From positions 27,023 through 91,022 of the IMG/VR virus record IMGVR_UViG_3300023115_001620: a stretch of 64,000 bases of DNA, one strand, 5' to 3'. Positions 1 to 9,067 of this stretch are shown here, one piece after another. The translations under genes were made by a program, and so were the position numbers. This DNA comes from a virus. The notes under the pieces were generated by a model. That model was given only the letters and a program-made list of their open reading frames with translations. It searched no databases and was not told the DNA's origin. The first letter of the stretch is position 1; each line of letters begins with the position of its first letter.

Positions 1-697
1 CTGTACTGTCAGCAACAACAAATTTGAGATAGACTGAAGAATTCCGAAGACTAAAATAATCACTAACAACAGCAGGTCGGATAGCGTCCTCCCAAGATTC
101 TCCACTAACGGAGAGCTTAGGCGAACATGAGAAAGTCCATTTAATTCTGCTCGTAGCATTGATATAGTTTCTAAGATCGTCGTGTAAAAATTGTGTGCTA
201 TTTGTTTCAAACGTGACATTTTTTAAGTCCTTCATTTTAGGATGTTCAAACAACTCTACATAAAGTCGTTGCCAAGCAAGTAATGGCTCACCGCCTGTAA
301 GAATTAGATGTATATCTTGCCCGTTGTCTTGTGTCCATTTGCCTTCTGGCAGCAAACTAATCAAATGATCTACAACTTCGTCTACTTCTGCTAGTTTGTT
401 GAAGTCTTTAAATTCTGGATAGATACTTGCATATGTGTCACAGCCTGTATGAATAATGGGCAAGTCTTCAAACTTTTCTGTTGTATTATGCACATCCTTT
501 GCAATTAGTTCTGCAACTTCAGGATTGTGTCTGATTTTATTTTGTGTTTTTACTGCACGACTAGGTTCATCTCTTCCTAGTCCAAAGTTCATACAGCGGA
601 AGTTACAACCAAATGTGCGCAAGAATACACTAGGTACTCCTACAAATTTGCCTTCGCCTTGCACACTATAGAATGCTTCTGAATATCTTAGTTTCAT
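1..697 (-). CDS. queE: 7-carboxy-7-deazaguanine synthase QueE (radical SAM), 3' end outside window
   Basis: Not in ORF track; manual translation from ATG at 697 gives [35 protein letters not shown]...GCDT...[10 protein letters not shown]...VTFETN, all QueE hallmarks; next to folE. Confidence 0.9.
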   Translation of the reverse strand, partial: MKLRYSEAFYSVQGEGKFVGVPSVFLRTFGCNFRCMNFGLGRDEPSRAVKTQNKIRHNPEVAELIAKDVHNTTEKFEDLPIIHTGCDTYASIYPEFKDFNKLAEVDEVVDHLISLLPEGKWTQDNGQDIHLILTGGEPLLAWQRLYVELFEHPKMKDLKNVTFETNSTQFLHDDLRNYINATSRIKWTFSCSPKLSVSGESWEDAIRPAVVSDYFSLRNSSVYLKFVVADST

Positions 698-804
698 AAT
701 GGCAGCCTTCCTGTATACAATTCAATTCCTAAACCTATCATGCCCATTATAAACACTGCTATAATAAACACTTGTGCCATGCGCACTGCAATATAATCAC
801 CCAT
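694..804 (-). CDS. small single-TM membrane protein (36 aa)
   Basis: Manual translation [36 protein letters not shown]; TAATG overlap with folE stop and ATGA overlap with queE start. Confidence 0.6.
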   Translation of the reverse strand: MGDYIAVRMAQVFIIAVFIMGMIGLGIELYTGRLPL

Positions 805-1487
805 TAGCAACTAAACTCCTGCTGTAGTTTAATATTGTCAAAGAATTCTTTCTTTGTACCTGCATCATCCTTAAATGCACCTTTTAGTACAGTTGTCTGT
901 GTAAGTGAACTATGTGCCATAATGCCACGATTCTCACAGCAACCATGTGTTGCTTGAATGTATACACCTAAATGTTCTGCACCTGTTGCCTTTGCAATCT
1001 CACGTGCAATATCATTTGCAAGTTCTTCTTGTAGCGTACCACGGCGAGCGCACCACTGTGCAATACGTGTGTATTTAGATAAGCCAATCAATTTGTCTGC
1101 GGCAATAATACCAATGTATGCTACACCGCCTACTGGTTGATGATGGTGACTACACATACTTTTTAGTTCTGAACGAACAACTAGCATACCTTCGTAGCGT
1201 TCGTCTGAGTCATTTGGAAATGCTGTTGCACTTGGAATAGGATCATAACGTCCTGACATGATCTCATTAAAGTACATCTTAGCAAGACGTCTTGCTGTAC
1301 CTTGTGAGTTAGGATCATTGTGTCGATCAATTACTAGTGCATCAAGCACACTTTCAAATGCTACTGTAGCATCATCAATAAGTTGTTCTTTATCGCCCTT
1401 TTGTAGGACTTCTGAAATATTGTCGCCTGCCCAATAGCGAATGTTTGCATCTTGCAAACGGGCTTTAATCTGTTCTGCTTTGCTCAT
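804..1487 (-). CDS. folE: GTP cyclohydrolase I
   Basis: SMCSHH, GLSKYTRI, QEEL, ATHGCCENRG motifs. Confidence 0.95.
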   Translation of the reverse strand: MSKAEQIKARLQDANIRYWAGDNISEVLQKGDKEQLIDDATVAFESVLDALVIDRHNDPNSQGTARRLAKMYFNEIMSGRYDPIPSATAFPNDSDERYEGMLVVRSELKSMCSHHHQPVGGVAYIGIIAADKLIGLSKYTRIAQWCARRGTLQEELANDIAREIAKATGAEHLGVYIQATHGCCENRGIMAHSSLTQTTVLKGAFKDDAGTKKEFFDNIKLQQEFSC

Positions 1488-1544
1488 TTAGTTCTCCGAG
1501 TTATCGACGTGGATGTCGTATATCATGGTACAAGACATAATAGT

Positions 1545-1573
1545 ATTGTACCATGTATTTAGGTTTATGTCAA
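1545..1573 (-). promoter_or_regulatory. sigma70-type promoter for folE-queE with embedded late-like TAAATA
   Basis: TTGACA-17 nt-TACAAT on minus strand; spacer contains CCTAAATA. Confidence 0.7.
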
Positions 1574-1578
1574 GTATT

Positions 1579-1785
1579 TTATGCAAAATACTTGTCTAAC
1601 ATATCTAATCTATCATTTGCAGCAGCCATACTATCTAGCTCTTTTTGTATAGTTTCAATAATATCAGAGTGCTCTCCAATACCAACTACTTTCTGCATAT
1701 AAACTTCAATATTAGTTTTATGCAACTCTAACTCTGCTTCAGCATGTTTACGAGCTGCGGTTATCATTTGCTCACGCAATTCCAT
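1579..1785 (-). CDS. phage hypothetical protein (helical)
   Basis: ORF track 1579..1821; more likely start at MELREQ (1785), which reduces overlap with the HIT gene. Confidence 0.7.
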   Translation of the reverse strand: MELREQMITAARKHAEAELELHKTNIEVYMQKVVGIGEHSDIIETIQKELDSMAAANDRLDMLDKYFA

Positions 1786-2167
1786 ATCCTTTCCTATAAT
1801 TTCCTTTGCCCGGAATAACATTTCTAACTCCTCCTACGGGATCCGGACAATCATTATCCCGTCTGAAGATTAAGTGAACGTGTGGATACATGCAAGTCTG
1901 TCCTGCACTATCTCCCATATTTAGGCCAACATTAAATCCAGTAATATCATTATTTGATGAATAAACATTGTCGTCGCCCATTGTAACTGCAAACTTAAAA
2001 CATTTCATTACGTTATCAATGGTATTTGTTTTTGGCACAATTAACATGTGTCCTTCAGTCACTGGAAACTTATCTTTAAATACAACAAAATCTGTAGTCG
2101 TTAATTCAACGTCAGTCCAAGGAGCTCTACCTTCTTTTTGTGCTGCTTCTAAAGTATCAGTTCGCAT
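1772..2167 (-). CDS. HIT-family nucleotide hydrolase
   Basis: FPVTEGHMLIVPK, GFNVGLNMGDSAGQT, YPHVHLI (variant histidine triad). Confidence 0.85.
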   Translation of the reverse strand: MRTDTLEAAQKEGRAPWTDVELTTTDFVVFKDKFPVTEGHMLIVPKTNTIDNVMKCFKFAVTMGDDNVYSSNNDITGFNVGLNMGDSAGQTCMYPHVHLIFRRDNDCPDPVGGVRNVIPGKGNYRKGYGIA

Positions 2168-2188
2168 ATTGTTTTCCTTATTTTTATA

Positions 2189-2217
2189 ATAGTAACATAA
2201 GTTAACCTAAAAGTCAA
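2189..2217 (-). promoter_or_regulatory. sigma70-type promoter
   Basis: TTGACT-17 nt-TACTAT upstream of the HIT gene. Confidence 0.6.
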
Positions 2218-2230
2218 GCATAAATACTTT

Positions 2231-2665
2231 ATGAATGATGCATATCGTGTAGCATTTTATGATGTAGTAAAAGAAACGCAAGCTACTTCAGGTTATAATT
2301 TACCTGAACACTTAGAGGCTTACGTTGTAATGCTTTTGGCACATCACATTGACCGTCCTGACTTTTTACCTGAAGATTCATTTGCACAAGCATATTTAAA
2401 ACTGAACCGTCCTGCCGATTATACTGCTAAGGAACTTGGCGACACTTGTTTGTTTGTTACAGGTGTATTTCCTACTTATGGTAGTAAACACGGTATTAAT
2501 CGTCGATACTATCAAGATATAGGTATAGGATCATATGAAATGGTAGCAGAGGTTATGCACAAAGATTTGTTTTCACAACTTGCTACACATTTTGATTTCC
2601 TAAGTAATTTTATTGAAATAACTACGCATTCTGCCAAACAGAAGCATAGTAACCTTTTCCATTAG
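2231..2665 (+). CDS. hypothetical protein, lone + strand gene with late-like promoter
   Basis: 144 aa ORF filling the gap between minus-strand genes; TAAATA at 2221-2226 lies 4 nt before ATG. Confidence 0.75.
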   Translation: MNDAYRVAFYDVVKETQATSGYNLPEHLEAYVVMLLAHHIDRPDFLPEDSFAQAYLKLNRPADYTAKELGDTCLFVTGVFPTYGSKHGINRRYYQDIGIGSYEMVAEVMHKDLFSQLATHFDFLSNFIEITTHSAKQKHSNLFH

Positions 2666-3353
2666 TATCGCCACCTTCGTTGTCTATTTCTACACCGTCG
2701 TAAACAATCGAAGTAATAGTCTCTTCACCGTTATCATATTCGCTCAGATGAAACTCTAGTTTCTTAGGATCAAACTCTCCAACAGTTTCGATTACACCTT
2801 CAAAGAATGTACCTTTTTCACTAGAATACATTTGTGCAATATAATCCACATCCTCACCGGCATAGCATTCTTGTGAATCGTATAGTTCAACTTCCCAGTC
2901 AGTTTCGTCGCCTATTTCGTCACACAGTTCTTGAACACCCTTACGAGACATAACTTCACGAACAAAAGGAGCATTGTATTCAGCATTCTCAACTTCGTCG
3001 ATGTCCATGTATGCACTACCAAACTCTGCACCATATTGATGTTCGTATTCTGTAGGTGCCTCATACCAGGATGACTTGTAATCATCTTTGCCGTAACTAG
3101 TTAAAAAGTCTGCTTCAGTTGGAACACTATCAATGTTTTCAAACTCGCATTCGTCCGTACTGTCGTCTACCATATAGGTAACAAAATCACTGTCACCGTG
3201 TTCTTCGCAAACTTGTGACCAAAAGTCGTGTGCTTCTTTCGTAATACTCATGTATGCTGCTTCACCACCATAGCCTGAGATATGTATACGATAATATCTT
3301 GGACCTTTAATTGTTTCTACTAACTCCTGATTTTCTTCACTGGTATAAGTCAT
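2622..3353 (-). CDS. highly acidic hypothetical protein
   Basis: 243 aa D/E-rich ORF, coupled to the upstream ORF. Confidence 0.75.
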   Translation of the reverse strand: MTYTSEENQELVETIKGPRYYRIHISGYGGEAAYMSITKEAHDFWSQVCEEHGDSDFVTYMVDDSTDECEFENIDSVPTEADFLTSYGKDDYKSSWYEAPTEYEHQYGAEFGSAYMDIDEVENAEYNAPFVREVMSRKGVQELCDEIGDETDWEVELYDSQECYAGEDVDYIAQMYSSEKGTFFEGVIETVGEFDPKKLEFHLSEYDNGEETITSIVYDGVEIDNEGGDTNGKGYYASVWQNA

Positions 3354-3547
3354 TATTTTATTCCTAGTTCTTTTTTAAGTTTTACTACCTGTCGTCTTCG
3401 TGCATGTATTTCTGCTTGAAGTCCTGAGATTAAATTACCCTTTGCTTTATTTTCGTGTGCTTCTTTGAGATCAGCAATCTTACGATTAATACTGTCTTCT
3501 AAGCCTGCCAAGTATCGTAATCTATCTTCTCGTTTTGCGTTATCCAT
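3353..3547 (-). CDS. small coiled-coil hypothetical protein
   Basis: 64 aa ORF overlapping both neighbours. Confidence 0.65.
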   Translation of the reverse strand: MDNAKREDRLRYLAGLEDSINRKIADLKEAHENKAKGNLISGLQAEIHARRRQVVKLKKELGIK

Positions 3548-4103
3548 TTACGTTCTCCCAAGGGTAAACTAACCAAACATCTTCTTCTGCTTTGTTAACT
3601 TCATGTACACTATAATCTACCTTGCCATCGAAGTCACTAGACAAGTTGTCTGTAATAGTAGCAAAGCGAACATTACTGTGCCATACAGTATTCCAACTTT
3701 CTGAATTTGGTAAACAACTAGATTTCCAATCTTCTTTTATCCAGTTGAACGTAGCACCAGTGTCGTTAATATCATCAACAATCAAAATGTTTTTACGTCT
3801 ACTAATATCCCAACGGCTTTTATACGTTTCTTGATCATCTAGAGGAACATAGCCAAAAGCATCTTCTGCCATCCAACAGTTGCTTTCACTTGCTTCACCG
3901 TCGTAGTTATCACGTAAACTTACCTTTAATGCTTCGCCACGTACACCTAACATATTACTAAGGATAGTAGCAGGAATGTTGCCGCCTCGTGTAATACCTA
4001 CAATGTAGTCAGGCCGCCAGTTGTCTTTATACATCTGTAATACAATATTTGTGCAAGCACGTTCAATGTCTGCCCAATCATAATAATGCTTTTTAATTTT
4101 CAT
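3540..4103 (-). CDS. type I purine phosphoribosyltransferase (Gpt-like)
   Basis: IVGITRGG, PRPP-binding ILIVDDINDTGAT, C-terminal WLVYPWE. Confidence 0.85.
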   Translation of the reverse strand: MKIKKHYYDWADIERACTNIVLQMYKDNWRPDYIVGITRGGNIPATILSNMLGVRGEALKVSLRDNYDGEASESNCWMAEDAFGYVPLDDQETYKSRWDISRRKNILIVDDINDTGATFNWIKEDWKSSCLPNSESWNTVWHSNVRFATITDNLSSDFDGKVDYSVHEVNKAEEDVWLVYPWENVNG

Positions 4104-4542
4104 ATTTTTCTTTTAGGTACTGTTCGTGTTGCACCCATTCTCCTTTGCGTAAAAAACCCCAGTCTCTTAATTTAGGACCTGGGATGAATATAGTCCATAC
4201 ATCAACGCCAGGTTCAAGCTCAACACGATGAAGGCTATGACAGCCGGCAAACCGTATCGTGCCTGCGCTACGCCAAAATCTACCATTCGGCGTGTGTTCC
4301 CAATAACCACCTTTAATGATAAAAGTGATAAAAGGCCAAGGATGGTCATGTAAATCATCTAAATCTCCTTTATGAAAATTATGTAAAAATATGTTGAAAG
4401 GAAACCATTTCCTATCTTTTAAGAACAAATAGTAACGTGTTAGATACGGCTCGTTTTCGTGCCTGTCCATAATTACTCTTTTGCGGCCTATTTTTTCTAA
4501 AAGTTGTAAAAATTTAAAACGGAATGTCTTCGTCATCTTCAT
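4093..4542 (-). CDS. cupin-fold protein
   Basis: LHDHPW...GGYWE...LHRVEL metal-binding cupin pattern. Confidence 0.65.
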   Translation of the reverse strand: MKMTKTFRFKFLQLLEKIGRKRVIMDRHENEPYLTRYYLFLKDRKWFPFNIFLHNFHKGDLDDLHDHPWPFITFIIKGGYWEHTPNGRFWRSAGTIRFAGCHSLHRVELEPGVDVWTIFIPGPKLRDWGFLRKGEWVQHEQYLKEKYEN

Positions 4543-4939
4543 GATTACCTTTGAAATCTTGATCTACCATTTTATAGATAGTTTTAAAATTTTCATATGC
4601 TTTTTCAAGTGCAGGATAATGCATACACATTTTTTTGAGCTTTTCCGGAGAGGGCATATGGTCTTCAAATTCAACTTTATTGAAAGTTATATTTGTCAAA
4701 CCGTCAATAGTGCTATCTAATGATATTGTATCGTTAAGTGTGAATGTGCCATCGTTAATATCTACAACAAATGTATTATCTGCACTAGAAGTATACATTG
4801 AATCTTTGTAAACTAAATTATCAAGGTCTATAGTTTCTACCATCAAGTCAGATAGTGTGATAGAATCTGAACCAGTAAGAGTTACAATGTCAACATCTGT
4901 ATCATTATCTTTTGATTGTGTCATATAGTACTGCTCCAC
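4514..4939 (-). CDS. acidic hypothetical protein ending in an SSB-like tail (EDDEDIPF)
   Basis: ORF track; C-terminus resembles bacterial SSB DDDIPF. Confidence 0.7.
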   Translation of the reverse strand: MEQYYMTQSKDNDTDVDIVTLTGSDSITLSDLMVETIDLDNLVYKDSMYTSSADNTFVVDINDGTFTLNDTISLDSTIDGLTNITFNKVEFEDHMPSPEKLKKMCMHYPALEKAYENFKTIYKMVDQDFKGNHEDDEDIPF

Positions 4940-5948
4940 TGAAGAATTCTTTGTTTAGTTTAGTGCGTTGCTTGTCTAATGCTACAAGAAAATCTTCATA
5001 GTTTTCCATATATTCTCTAATTTGTGAAACTACCTCTCCACGGTGTTTGCGATAGCTTGCAAAGTCTTCAGTCCATACACTAGGATATTTAAATTCAGAC
5101 AGTGCCATTTCACTGTAGCTCAGTCTATCAGGTACCATAGGAATAGCATCTACTAATGCACCTTCATACCAGCTAATACCAAGTGTTTCTTGTAAGTTAG
5201 AAGAGAACACCATCTTAGCTTCGCCTAGCAAGTTGTGATACTCATTCTTAGTAAGCTCACGTTCTTGACAAACTACAAACTCGTATTCAGGAAGTTGTTC
5301 TGCTAGATCACGGAAAATATCAACTTGCTTCTCAGGAGCAATACGATGTGGAAAGAGAATAAGATTACGCTTTTCCATACCTTTGTAACTATCTAAACTG
5401 TTCTTTAGATACTCCATAGGCCAGCCTACACGATGAGTTTTATCATCATCTATATCTAAACTTTCAGCAAATAGATCTATATGAAAGTCAGTTGCATAAA
5501 AATTATCATCATAACATTCATACATAGATTGTTCTGCATGACGTACCCAAGGCTTATCGCCAATTAGCCTACCAAGGAAATCATGAGGATCATAAGAACC
5601 AGCATGCCAAAGACCACCGACTCTAATGTCGACCCCAAGGAGCTCAGCCATGTAGCGCAACTGGATAACAGTTGGGTTCCACGCATCCGTATATAGGAAA
5701 TAATCTCCATCATTCACTTCACCTTTACAAAACATTTCACCAATCTGTTCAAGTTGTTTTGACTTGTACACGTTAGTTCCGCCAAAATTAAGAAATGCCC
5801 CAGGCGTAGTTGCTTGAGGCGTTTCTCCACCGCTAATAACCTTTACATTTTGATTTGTAGCTCGTTGAAGCTGTAATGGAAGATGATCCTTCCATTGCTT
5901 AGTGTAACGTGTATCTACAGCCTCAATGTCTACAATGTAAATAGTCAT
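4905..5948 (-). CDS. GT-B (GT4-like) glycosyltransferase
   Basis: FPHRIAPEKQ and EX7E motif ETLGISWYE followed by IPMVP. Confidence 0.8.
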   Translation of the reverse strand: MTIYIVDIEAVDTRYTKQWKDHLPLQLQRATNQNVKVISGGETPQATTPGAFLNFGGTNVYKSKQLEQIGEMFCKGEVNDGDYFLYTDAWNPTVIQLRYMAELLGVDIRVGGLWHAGSYDPHDFLGRLIGDKPWVRHAEQSMYECYDDNFYATDFHIDLFAESLDIDDDKTHRVGWPMEYLKNSLDSYKGMEKRNLILFPHRIAPEKQVDIFRDLAEQLPEYEFVVCQERELTKNEYHNLLGEAKMVFSSNLQETLGISWYEGALVDAIPMVPDRLSYSEMALSEFKYPSVWTEDFASYRKHRGEVVSQIREYMENYEDFLVALDKQRTKLNKEFFSGAVLYDTIKR

Positions 5949-6160
5949 TATCTTTTACCGCTATAATTTTTTCTTGTTTGATTGCGGTTTTTCATACGCA
6001 AGTAATTTTGATATTTTTGATAAGCCTGCCAGTTTTGGTCATGCTTGTTATACAAAGCCTTTTCATTAAAGACTTTGCCTTCGAAACGACAATAATCACG
6101 ATAAGCATCTAAGTCGTTAAAAACTTTAGTATACGCTGCACGATTGAATTCGATTGCCAT
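5948..6160 (-). CDS. hypothetical protein
   Basis: 70 aa ORF with SD (AAGGA), coupled to the GT start. Confidence 0.7.
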   Translation of the reverse strand: MAIEFNRAAYTKVFNDLDAYRDYCRFEGKVFNEKALYNKHDQNWQAYQKYQNYLRMKNRNQTRKNYSGKR

Positions 6161-6178
6161 AATGTATTTTTCCTTTAA

Positions 6179-6646
6179 TTATTGTTTAGGATAAAAGATT
6201 GAACAGCCATTTTCATTATCTTCAGCTACGCTGATCTCTACAAAGCGGCCGGGATACTTTGCAGCGATTTCTTGATACAAGTCATCTGCAATCATCTCAC
6301 ATGACTTGTGATTTAACTCTAGTACGCCTTCAACGTCATAGAGTCGTTGCATCCAGCGTTTAAACTGAATGAATTCAATATCGCGATCGTTATGAAATAC
6401 TTCAATACGAACACGAAAGTGAAAGATATGACGATGTGGAATACCAAGGAATGATACGTCATCCCAATCGCCAGTTGCTAATTTAGGGTCAGTGTCTGCA
6501 CCTGGGTACATATGTACACCTTCTTTTGTAAAGGTTACCCAAATGCTTCGTTGAGCTTCGGTTATTGCGTTGTTAATATTATCGTTCATTTGTTCTTCTT
6601 TCAATCTACGACCCATATAGTCCCAATATGATTCACGTTGTTGCAT
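6179..6646 (-). CDS. QueD/PTPS-like T-fold protein
   Basis: GVH...HRHIFHFRVRIEV, LNHKSCEMIA, VAEDNEN resemble QueD Zn-binding His and catalytic Glu; same cluster as folE/queE. Confidence 0.55.
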   Translation of the reverse strand: MQQRESYWDYMGRRLKEEQMNDNINNAITEAQRSIWVTFTKEGVHMYPGADTDPKLATGDWDDVSFLGIPHRHIFHFRVRIEVFHNDRDIEFIQFKRWMQRLYDVEGVLELNHKSCEMIADDLYQEIAAKYPGRFVEISVAEDNENGCSIFYPKQ

Positions 6647-6652
6647 AGTACT

Positions 6653-6681
6653 AATATACTTTCTTTATAAAGGTTTGTCAA
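6653..6681 (-). promoter_or_regulatory. sigma70-type promoter
   Basis: TTGACA-17 nt-TATATT ending 6 nt before the ATG at 6646. Confidence 0.6.
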
Positions 6682-7195
6682 GAGCATATTCACTCCAATC
6701 TGTAAACTTTTGATCGTCCATTAGATTGTGCAGTCTGTGACACCATACACCTGGATTGGTTGCACGAAAGTCCTTGTCATCAATCTTTAACATAGTATTG
6801 TAACCAAATTGTTTAATGTAGGGAATAGGAATACGCAGTTGCGGAATAAACAGATCTGTTTCAACCAGTCCAGTTTCTAATAGTGCTTCTGCATGATCGA
6901 GCGGCACATCAAGTGTACAAGGAATACCTTTGTCAAGAAAATACATTATCATATCTTCCCATTCGTCCCATGTGTCTGCATCTTCTGGAAAGTTTGTACC
7001 TGGACTAAATGAATGATTAGCACCAAAGAAAATATGTTCACATTCTTGTGTTGCAAAATGTTCAAACACTGTTTCAATATTTTGAACACCAGTTACAAAT
7101 AGTGTTTTCTTTCCATAAACAGGTGTACGTTCTACTTCAATTCCAGTAAAGAACATAACATCGTCATGTTCGCCTGTGTCATAGTCTCTTTTCAT
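6665..7195 (-). CDS. hypothetical protein in the deazaguanine cluster
   Basis: 176 aa ORF, ATGA-coupled. Confidence 0.75.
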   Translation of the reverse strand: MKRDYDTGEHDDVMFFTGIEVERTPVYGKKTLFVTGVQNIETVFEHFATQECEHIFFGANHSFSPGTNFPEDADTWDEWEDMIMYFLDKGIPCTLDVPLDHAEALLETGLVETDLFIPQLRIPIPYIKQFGYNTMLKIDDKDFRATNPGVWCHRLHNLMDDQKFTDWSEYALDKPL

Positions 7196-7401
7196 TCTAA
7201 TCCTAATTGTACAAGTTTAGAGTTAAGTTTATGAATTTCGTCTTTTAGATAAAGTTTCATAGTTTTCATTCTACGAACTTCTTCTGATATAGTAATATTA
7301 TTATATAATATTTCTATGTCACTGTCAAGTTTTCTGTGTCTTTTTTCTAGTTCAACTATACGGTTACGAATTTTGTCTTCTTCTGAATCATAATTGCTCA
7401 T
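7192..7401 (-). CDS. small helical-hairpin protein (DUF465/YdcH-like)
   Basis: LEKRHRKLDSDI...MKTMKLYLKDEI pattern. Confidence 0.6.
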   Translation of the reverse strand: MSNYDSEEDKIRNRIVELEKRHRKLDSDIEILYNNITISEEVRRMKTMKLYLKDEIHKLNSKLVQLGLE

Positions 7402-9067
7402 CCACTAGTTCCTCCAACTTAGTTTCATCTAAGATGTCTTCTTCTTGTTCAACAACTTCTTCTACTTCAAATAATGCATTAAAAAATGTATTAGCATTTA
7501 CAGTCTTTTTGCCAATTGCACCTCTAGTACCAGGTATAGCCATCCAAAATTTAGAGTATTCATCTATTTTTTGTAAGGCTTCGTCTTTATCTGTAATTGC
7601 AAAAATTTCATTTACAACATCTCTAAACAGAATTCTATCAAACTTTTCGTCTACTAACATTTTAGGAATCACACCGTTGTCGTATTGTCTGTTTGCTTCT
7701 TGTACAGCGTTTACATGACTCCATACGTTATGACCCATTTGTATAGCATAACTAAATGAGTCCCAGCTAGTCTTTCCTTCTTTACCTATCTTATTTAGGT
7801 CTCCAGGAGCATAAGTGCAAACGTCTGATACTTTGAGTTCGGCAGTAATCGGTGAGTCTTCAAAGTTTTTAAATATCCCATCTGATATAACAGTGTCTCT
7901 AAACAAGCGTTGATCTGTAGCATATTTTTTATCGTCAACTGACGGCACCATACGATACGTCCATTTGCTTCTGTCCTCAGTTTCGTTCTGAATGTAGATC
8001 TGTCCATTCGCGGTTGCCAAGAAAGGACTAGCACAGTCAAAAGTAATAGTAAAGTTTTCATTATAGTTTTTCCGCACAGCACGTTGAATGTCAGTAAGCA
8101 AACAAGCCCACTCTAGTTTAGATGTACCTAGAAAGTGCATTATATCATGCACACCTTTTTCAAGCAAACCGTCAAAGTGCAGTGTTACAAGTCTTTTTAG
8201 TACCAAGTGTACATCGCACATGTTCTGACCACCCATTGCCCAACCATTAAAATGGTTGTCTGGATACTTTGCAGGATCACAAAAATCTTTCATCTGTGAA
8301 TACCAGTCATCTGCTTCGTCGTGTGTTTCGCCTTGTAGAACGTTTAAGAACTTACAGTTGCCGTTACGATGCTTCATCCAATATTCGTTATTATACTTAG
8401 AAGCATTAACAGCATCTTGATATGTACTAATACCGGTCTTTTCTCTACCTGCTGGCGAGCGACAAACCCATGCTGGAATATCAAGGATCATACCGTAGTC
8501 CATATATGCATCCATCCAACGGAGAACACCGTCACGCTTTTGCTGTGCCGCATCAAGTCTTGCTTGATATTGTTTAGCATGATTAATTTTAGTTGTCTTA
8601 GGATTACCGTTTTTATCAAGTTTAGGATTGCCATGTTCGTCTAGTTGTTCAACTATTTCAATACCTTTTGCAACAGCTTCTGCCATACGAGCAGCAACTT
8701 CAGGACCATTAGGGTCACGCCATTCGCCTTCCCAAACACCTTTACCAATTTGGAAACCACCTGAGTCGCCAAGTATCCAACTATTTTCTCTATCTCTATT
8801 ACGTACCATATCTTCTTTAGGAACATCTTTAGTTGTATCTAAATCAGCGTGTCCTGCTGAATATAGAGTCCACTGGTACTGGAATTGACCTTCTTGTTTG
8901 TTAAGATAGTTTAAACTCTCTACACCGTGTGTAAAGTTAGATGGAATACGTGACTTATCTACATATTCGTCATAACGCTGTTTGCCTACGTAAGTGGCAT
9001 AGAAGCCACTTAGTGCCGGGAGAAACCTTGCGTAATCATTCTGTGTTGCAGTTAAGTCTTTTTGCAT
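7388..9067 (-). CDS. TGT-fold transglycosylase (DpdA-like guanine-exchange enzyme)
   Basis: TGT motifs in order: DSGGFQ, MILDIP, NVLQG, GWAMGG, HFLG, FDCASP; lacks the CxCxxC Zn site of tRNA TGT; clustered with preQ0 genes. Confidence 0.75.
   Translation of the reverse strand: MQKDLTATQNDYARFLPALSGFYATYVGKQRYDEYVDKSRIPSNFTHGVESLNYLNKQEGQFQYQWTLYSAGHADLDTTKDVPKEDMVRNRDRENSWILGDSGGFQIGKGVWEGEWRDPNGPEVAARMAEAVAKGIEIVEQLDEHGNPKLDKNGNPKTTKINHAKQYQARLDAAQQKRDGVLRWMDAYMDYGMILDIPAWVCRSPAGREKTGISTYQDAVNASKYNNEYWMKHRNGNCKFLNVLQGETHDEADDWYSQMKDFCDPAKYPDNHFNGWAMGGQNMCDVHLVLKRLVTLHFDGLLEKGVHDIMHFLGTSKLEWACLLTDIQRAVRKNYNENFTITFDCASPFLATANGQIYIQNETEDRSKWTYRMVPSVDDKKYATDQRLFRDTVISDGIFKNFEDSPITAELKVSDVCTYAPGDLNKIGKEGKTSWDSFSYAIQMGHNVWSHVNAVQEANRQYDNGVIPKMLVDEKFDRILFRDVVNEIFAITDKDEALQKIDEYSKFWMAIPGTRGAIGKKTVNANTFFNALFEVEEVVEQEEDILDETKLEELVDEQL

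Noticed and set aside
7388-9067. Canonical tRNA-guanine transglycosylase (tgt)
   Set aside because: It lacks the CxCxxC...H zinc site, is much longer, is coupled to replication genes, and no queA/queF/queG is in the window. A tRNA substrate is still not excluded.
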